Below are positions 1 to 7,890 of a DNA stretch of 34,968 bases, piece by piece. A model generated the notes under the pieces. That model was not told the DNA's origin and did no database searches. It worked only from the letters and a program-made list of their open reading frames with translations. Made by a program: the position numbers and the translations under genes. This stretch comes from Rickettsiales bacterium (GTDB taxonomy: Bacteria > Pseudomonadota > Alphaproteobacteria > Rickettsiales > UBA1997): NCBI GenBank assembly GCA_009693885.1, contig SHWK01000001.1:1-34968 (forward strand), in the 5' to 3' direction. How positions within the stretch are numbered: position 1 is the stretch's first letter; the number at the start of each line of letters is the position of its first letter.

Positions 1-1
1 G

Positions 2-74
2 TGAGCACGGATGGAATCGAACCATCGACAACCTGATTAAAAGTCAGGTGCTCTACCGACTGAGCTACGTGCTC
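2..74 (-). tRNA. tRNA-Lys (anticodon UUU)
   Basis: The reverse complement folds as a canonical 73-nt cloverleaf. Acceptor GAGCACG/CGTGCTC; D arm GCTC-AGTCGGTA-GAGC; anticodon arm CCTGA-CTTTTAA-TCAGG (anticodon TTT); T arm GATGG-TTCGATT-CCATC; discriminator A. The window edge cuts off any encoded CCA. Confidence 0.93.
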
Positions 75-174
75 TCACTAAAGAGATCAATCAAAAATTC
101 TGATAAAATGGATATACCAAAAAAGAAGAGCGTGAAATTTCATATCTTCCGCACTCAAAAGTCAACAAAAAATA

Positions 175-1194
175 TTAAATATCCCTATCCATACTTCTTT
201 GATTGCTTTGAATAGGAGAAGTTGTGGATGTGACTGCTAAGACTCTACTTCGAGCAAGCGTACCGGGAGCTCTGCGCAAAAAAGATGAAGGAGTGGTAGT
301 TAAAGGCATCTTTACGCCAGTAATTTCTGGCAAAAAATTATTTTGTGTGGGCTGCGCAGAATACGATTTAGCAAAAAGATCTTTTGGTTTTGGGGCGATA
401 ATAGGTTTTGGTTTTCCTTCAAATACTAGTGTAGGTAAAGTAGTTTTTGGCGTCGTAGTTGATTGCGCCAGAGCGCCTCGTCTTAAATGCCTCTCTGTTG
501 TAGCTAGATAAGACCCTGCAATAACAGGAGCAAATTTTTGATTGAGGGATAATCTGACATCAATATATTTATTATTTCTATTGCTTGCTTTAGGAGTTGT
601 GTATTTATCTGACGAACTAGATTCACTAGATGACCAATTTTCTTCAGAAGAAACATCAGAAACATCTATGTCACTCGATCCTTTATATTGCTCCATCTCC
701 TCATCAATACGACATAATGCCGGAAAGGCACTAGCTAACTTGTTATTAGGAGCAATTGTTTTAGCGCTGACCATCATCGCCTTTAGTTCTTTACTGGCAT
801 TCAATTTAAAACCCAATGGCTGAAGTATAGGAGCGCTGATATCATGCCTATTAAGATTTTTTCTTAATCCTATTTTTTGAGCAACTCTGCTAATCAAACT
901 TCTATTAATAGGCATAACAATGCGAGGCTTTAGCTCAATTACACTTGTAACAACTTGTATATTTTCAACGGGTTTGGCTGCTTTTAGATGAGATCGATTA
1001 TATTTGAATCTATCAATAATTAGATTCATCATTTTTTCTTTTAGTCTCTTTCTTGGATCAACATCCACATCGCTCAATGGCTTGGGTAAATATACCTTTA
1101 GCTCCACCTCCATAATCTGCATAGCAAGATCTTTGCCAGTTGCAAGCTTTATAGGCTTAGTCGGCGCACTTATAACAATAGTTCTTTTAGACAT
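175..1194 (-). CDS. Hypothetical protein, 339 aa, with an acidic Ser-rich centre and a Thr/Pro/Ala/Arg-rich C-terminal third
   Basis: A 1-kb open frame in AT-rich DNA, 3 nt downstream of the pepA stop on the same strand. I recognise no family motif. Low-complexity stretches include SSEENWSSSESSSSD and TTTPKTTLPT. No signal peptide or TM segment is apparent. Confidence 0.6.
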   Translation of the reverse strand: MSKRTIVISAPTKPIKLATGKDLAMQIMEVELKVYLPKPLSDVDVDPRKRLKEKMMNLIIDRFKYNRSHLKAAKPVENIQVVTSVIELKPRIVMPINRSLISRVAQKIGLRKNLNRHDISAPILQPLGFKLNASKELKAMMVSAKTIAPNNKLASAFPALCRIDEEMEQYKGSSDIDVSDVSSEENWSSSESSSSDKYTTPKASNRNNKYIDVRLSLNQKFAPVIAGSYLATTERHLRRGALAQSTTTPKTTLPTLVFEGKPKPIIAPKPKDLFAKSYSAQPTQNNFLPEITGVKMPLTTTPSSFLRRAPGTLARSRVLAVTSTTSPIQSNQRSMDRDI

Positions 1195-1197
1195 ATT

Positions 1198-2691
1198 TTA
1201 GTTAACTTTTTTTTCATAAAAATCTTTTACTAACTGATTTAACAAACGCAAGCCATATCCCGTCGCGCCTTTAACCGCCAAAGAATCACCCTTGCCTTTC
1301 CAAGCCACGCCAGCAATATCAAGATGTGCCCATTTTGTCTCACCAACAAATCTTTTTAAAAACTGTGCTGCTGTAGTGCTACCAGCACCTCTTCCTGATC
1401 CAGTATTTCTCATATCAGCAATATCAGAATTGATCATTTCATCATATTCTTCACCAAGAGGAAGTCTCCAAACCGTTTCACCAGAAGCTTTTCCAGCTTT
1501 TTCAATCTGCGCAGATAAATTATCATCGTTAGAAAATAATCCCGCATGAACATCAGCCAAAGCCACTACAATGGCTCCAGTTAAGGTTGCGAGGTCGATG
1601 ATAAATTTTGGCTTAAATTTTGTGTTAGTATAATGAAGGGCGTCAGCCAGCACCAGACGGCCTTCCGCATCAGTATTGATAATTTCAATAGTTTGCCCCG
1701 ACATTGAACGAACCACATCCCCTGGGCGTTGCGCCGTGCCTGAAGGCATATTTTCTACAATGCCAATAACACCAATTGCATTAACTTTTGCTTTGCGCTG
1801 CGCCAAGTTACGAAGCAATCCCACCACTACAGCTGAGCCAGCCATATCGGTTTTCATATCTTCCATATTATTTGCCGGCTTGATTGAAATTCCACCAGTA
1901 TCAAAAGTTACACCCTTGCCAACAAAGGCGATTGGCTGCTCTTTAGAGTTTTTTAAGCCATTCCATTTTAATATAACTAATTGTGATTCTTTATCGCTAC
2001 CCTGCCCCACACCAAGAAGCGAGCCCATTCCCAGCTTTGTCATTTCTTTTTCGCCAAGCACTTCAACTTCTAATCCATCTTTTTTTAGAGTTTTGCAAAT
2101 TTCTGCATAGCTTTCTGGATTCAATATATTAGATGGTTCAGAGACCAAATCACGAACGAAGAAAATATTTTTTGCTAAAATTTCTAACTCAGAAAATTCT
2201 TTTTTTACTGAAATTAAATCACTTGTGGCAACGCTTATAGCGCCGATCTTTAACTCTTTATCTTTTTTTCTTTTCTCAAAATATTTATTGAAACGATAGC
2301 TTTGTAAAACTGCACCAAAAGCTAAATTGCAATGATTTTCAACGTTTTCCCCTTTTGGTTTTACTTTGCCATTTGCATCAATTTCGAATCCAAAAAACAA
2401 TGTCGCATCTTTTATTTTAGTGACATTCAAAAATGAAACAATTTTTGCTCCAGCTTTTTGCAAAGAATTTGCATCTAATTTTTTTTCTTCGCCAAGTCCA
2501 GCAACAACAAGGGTTTTGCCTTCAAATGAAACCAAATGCGCGCCGCTTTTCCCCGTGAAATCAAATTGCTCTTTAGCAAATTTAACTGGCGCAAAAGTTG
2601 ATTTCTTTACTTCTTCTTCAGTTAAAATTAAAACTGGTACAGAATTTTTAAGAGCAGAAAATGATGTGGGATTAGAAAAATTTATTTTCAT
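1198..2691 (-). CDS. pepA: Leucyl aminopeptidase (M17 family)
   Basis: 497 aa. Contains the M17 signature NTDAEGRL (IINTDAEGRLVLADAL) plus VGKGVTFDTGGISIKP and DMAGSA blocks in the expected order. Confidence 0.95.
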   Translation of the reverse strand: MKINFSNPTSFSALKNSVPVLILTEEEVKKSTFAPVKFAKEQFDFTGKSGAHLVSFEGKTLVVAGLGEEKKLDANSLQKAGAKIVSFLNVTKIKDATLFFGFEIDANGKVKPKGENVENHCNLAFGAVLQSYRFNKYFEKRKKDKELKIGAISVATSDLISVKKEFSELEILAKNIFFVRDLVSEPSNILNPESYAEICKTLKKDGLEVEVLGEKEMTKLGMGSLLGVGQGSDKESQLVILKWNGLKNSKEQPIAFVGKGVTFDTGGISIKPANNMEDMKTDMAGSAVVVGLLRNLAQRKAKVNAIGVIGIVENMPSGTAQRPGDVVRSMSGQTIEIINTDAEGRLVLADALHYTNTKFKPKFIIDLATLTGAIVVALADVHAGLFSNDDNLSAQIEKAGKASGETVWRLPLGEEYDEMINSDIADMRNTGSGRGAGSTTAAQFLKRFVGETKWAHLDIAGVAWKGKGDSLAVKGATGYGLRLLNQLVKDFYEKKVN

Positions 2692-2755
2692 GATTATTTA
2701 ATGAATATTTATAACAAAGACACCTACGAGTAAGACTAAACAAACATTTGAAAAA

Positions 2756-3463
2756 ATGCAAAGCTATAATTTGACTATTCTAATATCGCTGATCAATCTC
2801 GGTTTTTTTGGCGGCTTCACCCATTGCAGCGGAATGTGCGGCCCCTTTGTGCTGACACAAGTTTCAAATCGCTTGCAAAATATTTCTCTGGCACAATTTT
2901 CGCGTTTTGAAAAATTACGCAGCATGGCTTTATTGCCTTATCATTGTGGCAGAATCACTACTTATATATGTATTGGATTTTTTTGCTCTCTCATCACTAA
3001 AAATCTTCAAGAGATTGACGGTTTTAATATTATCAGCGGATTACTGCTTTTATTTGCCGCTGCATTTTTCTTGCAAAATCTCTTCGGTAGAAAAATATTT
3101 AAATTTAATTTTCGATTACCATTTCACTTGCCAAAAATTAAAAATCCGTCAATATTAAAAAAACTTTTTCAAAACCCTTATGGTTTTAATGGATTTTTAT
3201 TAGGAATAATCTTAGGATTCATTCCCTGCGGTCTGCTTTATGGAGCATTTGCTCTTTCAGCATCAATCGCCAACCCAATGCTTGCAGCGTTAGGAATGTT
3301 CTTGTTCGGAATCATGACTTTTCCGGCCCTCTTCCTTACTGCTTCGGGCGGATATTTTTTCTTGAAACTCACTAAGGTGAATTTCAAACTGATTTCTAAA
3401 ATAATAATGTTAATTAACGCCATAACACTTGGCGTTATGGGTCTCGAACTAATTATAAAATAA
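2756..3463 (+). CDS. DsbD_2/TauE-SafE-like polytopic membrane protein with an HCxGMCGP motif
   Basis: 235 aa with multiple hydrophobic helices. N-terminal [10 protein letters not shown] motif is typical of the PF13386-like proteins often found with cbb3 oxidase maturation genes. Its stop is 2 nt before the ccoN ATG. Confidence 0.7.
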   Translation: MQSYNLTILISLINLGFFGGFTHCSGMCGPFVLTQVSNRLQNISLAQFSRFEKLRSMALLPYHCGRITTYICIGFFCSLITKNLQEIDGFNIISGLLLLFAAAFFLQNLFGRKIFKFNFRLPFHLPKIKNPSILKKLFQNPYGFNGFLLGIILGFIPCGLLYGAFALSASIANPMLAALGMFLFGIMTFPALFLTASGGYFFLKLTKVNFKLISKIIMLINAITLGVMGLELIIK

Positions 3464-3465
3464 CA

Positions 3466-4893
3466 ATGGCATCAAACCAGATATCTCAAGCTCCAGTCGA
3501 TTATAATTACGACATCATCAAACTATTCACTCTAGCCGCCACTTTTTGGGGAATCATCGGATTTTCGGTTGGCGTTCTCATTGCCTCGCAACTAACTTTT
3601 CCACTTTTAAATTTTGATATTGAATGGTTAAGCTTCGGCAGATTGCGCCCTCTGCACACTTCTGCAGTTATTTTTGCCTTTGGTGGAAATGTCCTTTTTG
3701 CTACTAGTTTTTTTGTAGTGCAGCGCACTTGTCAAACAAGACTTTGGGGCCGCGATTCTTTACTTAAATTTATTTTTTGGGGCTACCAATTATTTATAAT
3801 AATGGCCGCGATTGGCTATATTAATGGCGTTACGCAAGCCAAAGAATATGCTGAACCAGAATGGTACGCTGATTTATGGCTAACCATAGTTTGGGTTTGC
3901 TACTTTTTTGTTTTTATTCTCACATTAAAAAATCGTCAAGAGCCGCATATTTATGTGGCCAACTGGTTTTATTTGGCTTTTATTGTTACGGTTGCAATCT
4001 TGCATATTGTTAATAATTTAGCGATTCCTTTGCGTCTTGATTCTACTCATAGTTATTCATTATTTGGTGGTGTACAAAGTGCGATGATCCAATGGTGGTA
4101 TGGTCATAATGCGGTTGGATTTTTTCTTACTGCGGGTTTTATCGGAATTTTATATTATTACATTCCTAAAAGAGCTAATCGCCCAGTTTATTCTTATCGC
4201 CTTTCAATTTTGCATTTTTGGTCTTTGATTTTTATTTATATTTGGGCGGGCCCTCATCACTTGCATTATACTTCTCTGCCTGATTGGGTACAAACTCTTG
4301 GAATGACATTCTCAATCATGCTATGGATGCCATCTTGGGGCGGCATGATCAACGGTATAATGACTCTCTCCGGTGCGTGGCACAAATTGCGCGAAGATCC
4401 AGTATTGCGCTTCTTAATCACTGCCGTCGCTTTCTATGGCATGAGCACTTTTGAAGGTCCATTAATGGCGATCAAATCCGTCAATTCACTATCGCATTAC
4501 ACTGATTGGACAATCGGCCATGTACATTCTGGCGCTCTCGGATGGGTTGCGATGATAAGCTTCGGAGCCCTTTATCATATGGTACCAATCTTGTGGAATA
4601 AAAAAGATCTATACTCAATCAAATGGGTTAGTGTGCATTTTTGGCTCGCCTCAATCGGTATTGTTCTCTACATCACTGCGATGTGGATTTCTGGCATCAT
4701 GCAAGGCCTAATGTGGCGCGCTTATGATGATATGGGATTCCTACAATACTCATTCATTGAAACAGTCGTAGCAACACATCCACTTTATTTAACCAGAGCA
4801 ATCGGAGGAGTATTTTTCCTTAGCGGCGCTTGTTTAATGGCCTATAATTTCTACAAAACAATTCGCTACGCGCCTATTGCGCAAGCAAAATAA
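3466..4893 (+). CDS. ccoN: cbb3-type cytochrome c oxidase subunit I (CcoN/FixN)
   Basis: 475 aa, about 12 TM helices. Heme-copper oxidase His-containing blocks are present ([28 protein letters not shown]), followed directly by ccoO. Confidence 0.95.
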   Translation: MASNQISQAPVDYNYDIIKLFTLAATFWGIIGFSVGVLIASQLTFPLLNFDIEWLSFGRLRPLHTSAVIFAFGGNVLFATSFFVVQRTCQTRLWGRDSLLKFIFWGYQLFIIMAAIGYINGVTQAKEYAEPEWYADLWLTIVWVCYFFVFILTLKNRQEPHIYVANWFYLAFIVTVAILHIVNNLAIPLRLDSTHSYSLFGGVQSAMIQWWYGHNAVGFFLTAGFIGILYYYIPKRANRPVYSYRLSILHFWSLIFIYIWAGPHHLHYTSLPDWVQTLGMTFSIMLWMPSWGGMINGIMTLSGAWHKLREDPVLRFLITAVAFYGMSTFEGPLMAIKSVNSLSHYTDWTIGHVHSGALGWVAMISFGALYHMVPILWNKKDLYSIKWVSVHFWLASIGIVLYITAMWISGIMQGLMWRAYDDMGFLQYSFIETVVATHPLYLTRAIGGVFFLSGACLMAYNFYKTIRYAPIAQAK

Positions 4894-4906
4894 GCAAAGT
4901 TTTATT

Positions 4907-5635
4907 ATGTTTAAACACGATAAAATCGAGAAAAGCTCGATACTACTTTTAATATTAACTGTGATCGTAATTTCAATCGGCGGATTAATTGAAATCACGC
5001 CACTTTTTCGTATCGAAACCACAATTGAAAAAGTTGAAGGCATGCGGCCTTATACCCCGCTTGAGCTGGCTGGATCAAAAATCTATAAACGCGAAGGATG
5101 TTATGGCTGCCATTCACAACAAATTCGCGTTTTGCGTGATGAGGTTGAGCGCTATGGTCACTACTCTCTTGCGGCTGAAAGCATGTATGATTTTCCTTTT
5201 CAATGGGGCTCAAAACGCACAGGGCCAGATCTAGCGCGCATCGGTGGCAAATATTCTGATCAATGGCATGTTATGCATTTGGTAAATCCACGCTCAGTTG
5301 TGCCACAATCAATCATGCCGGGTTATAAATTTTTAGTTGAGCGCGATGCTGATATTTCTGGTCTACAAGATGATATTGCCGTGTTACGCAAACTTGGCAC
5401 GCCATATAGTGATGAGATGGAGCAAAACGCCGTCAGTGATGCGGTGCTACAAGCATCAAACGATCGCGACACTTCTGGATTAGAAAAAAGATACGGCAAA
5501 AAAATCAACATCCATGATTTTGATGGCAATCCTGATCGTGTTTCTGAAATGGATGCTCTGGTTGCTTATCTACAAATGCTTGGATCACTAGTTGATTTTT
5601 CAAAATATGAGCCAGCAACAAAAGAGAAAAAATAA
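4907..5635 (+). CDS. ccoO: cbb3-type cytochrome c oxidase subunit II (CcoO/FixO), monoheme
   Basis: The ATG at 4907 gives [11 protein letters not shown] followed by a TM anchor and one CxxCH heme site (CYGCH). The track ORF begins at a TTG at 4877 that overlaps ccoN, so the ATG is preferred. Confidence 0.93.
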   Translation: MFKHDKIEKSSILLLILTVIVISIGGLIEITPLFRIETTIEKVEGMRPYTPLELAGSKIYKREGCYGCHSQQIRVLRDEVERYGHYSLAAESMYDFPFQWGSKRTGPDLARIGGKYSDQWHVMHLVNPRSVVPQSIMPGYKFLVERDADISGLQDDIAVLRKLGTPYSDEMEQNAVSDAVLQASNDRDTSGLEKRYGKKINIHDFDGNPDRVSEMDALVAYLQMLGSLVDFSKYEPATKEKK

Positions 5636-5781
5636 TGGACTTCATCATCAATAATGCAGCCACAATCGCTACAATATTTTTCTTTATAGCATTTTGTTAC
5701 GCCGTTTTTTATGCCTTTAGCAAAAAGAATAAAAAGCAGTTTGAGGAATCCGCAAAGATTCCTTTAGATGGAGATAGATAG
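5635..5781 (+). CDS. ccoQ: cbb3 oxidase small subunit CcoQ/FixQ (48 aa), below the ORF-track size cutoff
   Basis: Hand translation: [48 protein letters not shown]. It has a single TM helix followed by a basic patch and a FixQ-like 'F-E/D-E-x-A-x-I/L-P-L-D' tail. The ATG overlaps the ccoO TAA as TAATG. Confidence 0.85.
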   Translation: MDFIINNAATIATIFFFIAFCYAVFYAFSKKNKKQFEESAKIPLDGDR

Positions 5782-5828
5782 GAGTAGTTTGAGGAATCTA
5801 TAAGAATCCCTCTAGATGTTAATAGATA
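5738..5828 (+). repeat. Imperfect tandem duplication (48-bp period) of the ccoQ 3' end
   Basis: Copy 1 is 5738-5780 (agtttgaggaatccgcaaagattcctttagatggagatagata). Copy 2 is 5786-5828 (agtttgaggaatctataagaatccctctagatgttaatagata). By hand alignment 33 of 43 positions match. Copy 2 read in the same frame gives FEESIRIPLDVNR* against the genuine FEESAKIPLDGDR*. Confidence 0.8.
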
Positions 5829-5860
5829 AAGATAAAGTGCGATTCATGCTAAAAGCAAGA

Positions 5861-6256
5861 TTAGTTTTGGTTAACAAAAAACTTAATCCGACTCAATTCT
5901 TTACCACAAATAGGATCAACCCTGATCAACTCTTGTTTCCCATCAAAAATCTTAGTCAAAACCATCACAACCCCATCATCTTCTTTGACAGAATCAATAC
6001 CCTGTGCAATATTTATTTTTGTCACTTCAGGGCATTTTGACACTATAGTATTTTGCAACTCTTTATTATGACGCACAATTTCAAACGCCGCTATCGACAC
6101 CACTAAAACTATAAAAAGCGCAAACACCGTTGATTTTAACAAAATCATAGTTTTGCTATATTTTTTTGTTGGTGCTGAAGTGGAATGGTAATGTTTTTCA
6201 TGACTATTGTCGCGACGATCGTGGCTTTGGGTGCTTGATCTTCTATTATTATACAT
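5861..6256 (-). CDS. Hypothetical single-pass membrane protein with a His/Arg-rich N-terminal tail
   Basis: 131 aa. N-terminus is RRSSTQSHDRRDNSHEKHYH, followed by one TM (ILLKSTVFALFIVLVVSIAAF) and a roughly 70-aa soluble domain with 2 Cys. It starts 7 nt downstream of the kbl stop on the same strand. An internal start at MILLK is possible. Confidence 0.55.
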   Translation of the reverse strand: MYNNRRSSTQSHDRRDNSHEKHYHSTSAPTKKYSKTMILLKSTVFALFIVLVVSIAAFEIVRHNKELQNTIVSKCPEVTKINIAQGIDSVKEDDGVVMVLTKIFDGKQELIRVDPICGKELSRIKFFVNQN

Positions 6257-6263
6257 AAGTTTA

Positions 6264-7469
6264 TTATTTAATTAATTGTAATTTTTTACCAACCTTAATA
6301 AATGCAGCAATGGCGCGATCTAAATGCTCTCTATCATGAGAAGCAGAAATTTGCACACGAATGCGCGCTTCATTTTTTGGTACTACAGGAAAAGAAAAAG
6401 CAATAACATAAATTCCCTCTTCTTCAATCATCATTTTTGCAACTTTAGATGCAAGTACCGCATCCCCAAACATCACTGGCATTATTGGATGTACACCAGT
6501 TCTAATATTAAAGCCAGCCTCAACCATTTTTCCTCTAAAATAAGCAGTGTTATCGGCTAATTTTTTAATTAAGTTTTTTGATTGTTTGAGCATTTCAATT
6601 ATTTCAATCCCAACAGCAGCAACCATTGGCAGCACATTGTTAGAAAAAAGATATGGACGACTTTTGTTGCGCAACTTATCAATAATTTCTTTTTTAGAAG
6701 CGATGAAGCCACCACCAGAGCCACCTAAAGCCTTACCAAGAGTACTAGTCAGAATATCAACCCTACCCTCAACTCCGCATAATTCTAATGTTCCACGACC
6801 GTTAGCACCAATAAATCCGGTTGCGTGCGAGTCATCAACCAAAACCATCGCATTATATTTATCAGCTAAATCACAAATTTCTTTTAATTTAGCAATGTCG
6901 CCATCCATTGAAAATACACCGTCGGTAACGATCAGGCGATTTTTAGAATTTTGTGCAGCTTTTAATTTTTCTTCTAAATCTGCCATATCATCAAATTTAT
7001 AGAAGTGACGCGCGGCCTTGCACAACCTAATTCCATCAATTAAACTTGCATGATTTAAATCAGCAGAAACAATTGAATCATTTTCATCTAATAGCGCTGA
7101 GAACACGCCACCATTAGCGGTAAAGCATGATGAATAAGTTATGACATCTTCAAATCCAAGAAATTCGGCTAATTTTTTTTCAAATATTTTATGAAGATCA
7201 AAAGTGCCGCAGATGAAACGCACAGAAGCGGTTCCAAGACCATATTTATCGAGAGATTTTTTAGCGACTTCAACTAAATTATTGTTATTTGCCAAACCCA
7301 AATAATTGTTAGCACAAAAATTTAAAACACGTTTTTTTGTACCATTAATAGCAATTTCAATATCTGAAGATTGGGCACTAATAATTTGATATTCGTTTTT
7401 GTAAAGAGCATTTTCCTTAAGGGAGTCTAATTCTTTTGTAATATTGTTTAGAAAATTTTGCTGCATCAT
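6264..7469 (-). CDS. kbl: Glycine C-acetyltransferase (2-amino-3-ketobutyrate CoA ligase), PLP-dependent
   Basis: 401 aa, collinear with my recollection of E. coli Kbl. Matching blocks: NFCANNYLGLA, SVRFICGT, SSCF-ANGG, LNHASLIDG, TDGVFSMDGDIA, VDDSHATGF, TLGKALGG (PLP Lys), RPYLFSN and ARIRVQISA. Confidence 0.9.
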   Translation of the reverse strand: MMQQNFLNNITKELDSLKENALYKNEYQIISAQSSDIEIAINGTKKRVLNFCANNYLGLANNNNLVEVAKKSLDKYGLGTASVRFICGTFDLHKIFEKKLAEFLGFEDVITYSSCFTANGGVFSALLDENDSIVSADLNHASLIDGIRLCKAARHFYKFDDMADLEEKLKAAQNSKNRLIVTDGVFSMDGDIAKLKEICDLADKYNAMVLVDDSHATGFIGANGRGTLELCGVEGRVDILTSTLGKALGGSGGGFIASKKEIIDKLRNKSRPYLFSNNVLPMVAAVGIEIIEMLKQSKNLIKKLADNTAYFRGKMVEAGFNIRTGVHPIMPVMFGDAVLASKVAKMMIEEEGIYVIAFSFPVVPKNEARIRVQISASHDREHLDRAIAAFIKVGKKLQLIK

Positions 7470-7597
7470 TGTGTTGAAAAATATATTGTTAAAAAAATAA
7501 AATTGACTTTCTTGCAGTAGAGCCTAAGTTGATCAGCGCTATAAAAAGCATTACAAACTAAAATAATATAAAATAATAATCAAAAAACAGAATAATT

Positions 7598-7885
7598 ATG
7601 AACAAAAAATTTATTAAATCAATGGTTGCTGCTATTGCAGGTTTAGGCCTTCTTTCTTCTTGCTCTATGATGAGCGGAAAAGATTCTCACAAATGTGGTG
7701 GAAAAAATAGCTGTAAAGGTAAAGGTAAAGCTATAGAAGATTCTAACAAATGTTCCTCTTCTAAAAAAGAAGAAGCTAAAAAAGCAGAATCTAACAATTG
7801 CGGCGCTAAAAATGGCTGTTCTGCAGCTAAAGCTGATGTAGCAAAAACTAGCAAATCTAAAAAATCTACCACTAAAAAGAATTAA
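7598..7885 (+). CDS. Putative RiPP precursor: small secreted or lipid-anchored Cys-containing, Lys-rich peptide (bufferin/HvfA-like candidate)
   Basis: 95 aa: MNKKFIKSMVAAIAGLGLLSSC... with lipobox L-S-S-C (Cys22). The mature part has 5 Cys in repeated contexts SHKCGGKNSCKG / SNKCSS / SNNCGAKNGCSA, then a K/S/T-rich tail. The stop is 5 nt (TTG start) or 14 nt (ATG start) upstream of the DUF692 gene. Confidence 0.7.
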   Translation: MNKKFIKSMVAAIAGLGLLSSCSMMSGKDSHKCGGKNSCKGKGKAIEDSNKCSSSKKEEAKKAESNNCGAKNGCSAAKADVAKTSKSKKSTTKKN

Positions 7886-7890
7886 TTTTT

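Noticed and set aside
224-1201. Three plus-strand ORFs (95, 93 and 65 aa) inside the 175-1194 region
   Set aside because: All lie antisense to a single uninterrupted 339-codon frame, which is improbable by chance in AT-rich DNA. None has recognisable motifs.
4877-4906. TTG-initiated N-terminal extension of ccoO given in the ORF track
   Set aside because: It overlaps the ccoN 3' end. The ATG at 4907 yields the canonical CcoO N-terminus (a short basic segment then the TM anchor).
5862-5882. AGTTTT-loop-AAAACT hairpin as a terminator between ccoQ and the convergent gene
   Set aside because: The stem is only 6 AT-rich base pairs with a 9-nt loop and lies inside coding sequence, so it is too weak to call.
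5816-6040. Plus-strand 74-aa ORF as a possible ccoP remnant
   Set aside because: It has no CxxCH heme motif and a low-complexity AT-driven sequence. It overlaps the better-supported minus-strand membrane protein gene.
6264-7469. Alternative calls for the alpha-oxoamine synthase: 5-aminolevulinate synthase (hemA), BioF or serine palmitoyltransferase
   Set aside because: Block-by-block resemblance to E. coli Kbl as I recall it (NFCANNYLGLA, SVRFICGT, DGVFSMDGDIA, DDSHATGF, RPYLFSN) is much closer than to ALAS or BioF signatures. A phylogeny would be needed for certainty.
7470-7597. Sigma70 promoter for the MNIO cassette (TTGACT / TTGATC with TATAAA / TACAAA candidates)
   Set aside because: No -35/-10 pair with proper 16-18 nt spacing and a good -10 could be found by eye. 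The region is so AT-rich that hexamer matches are uninformative.
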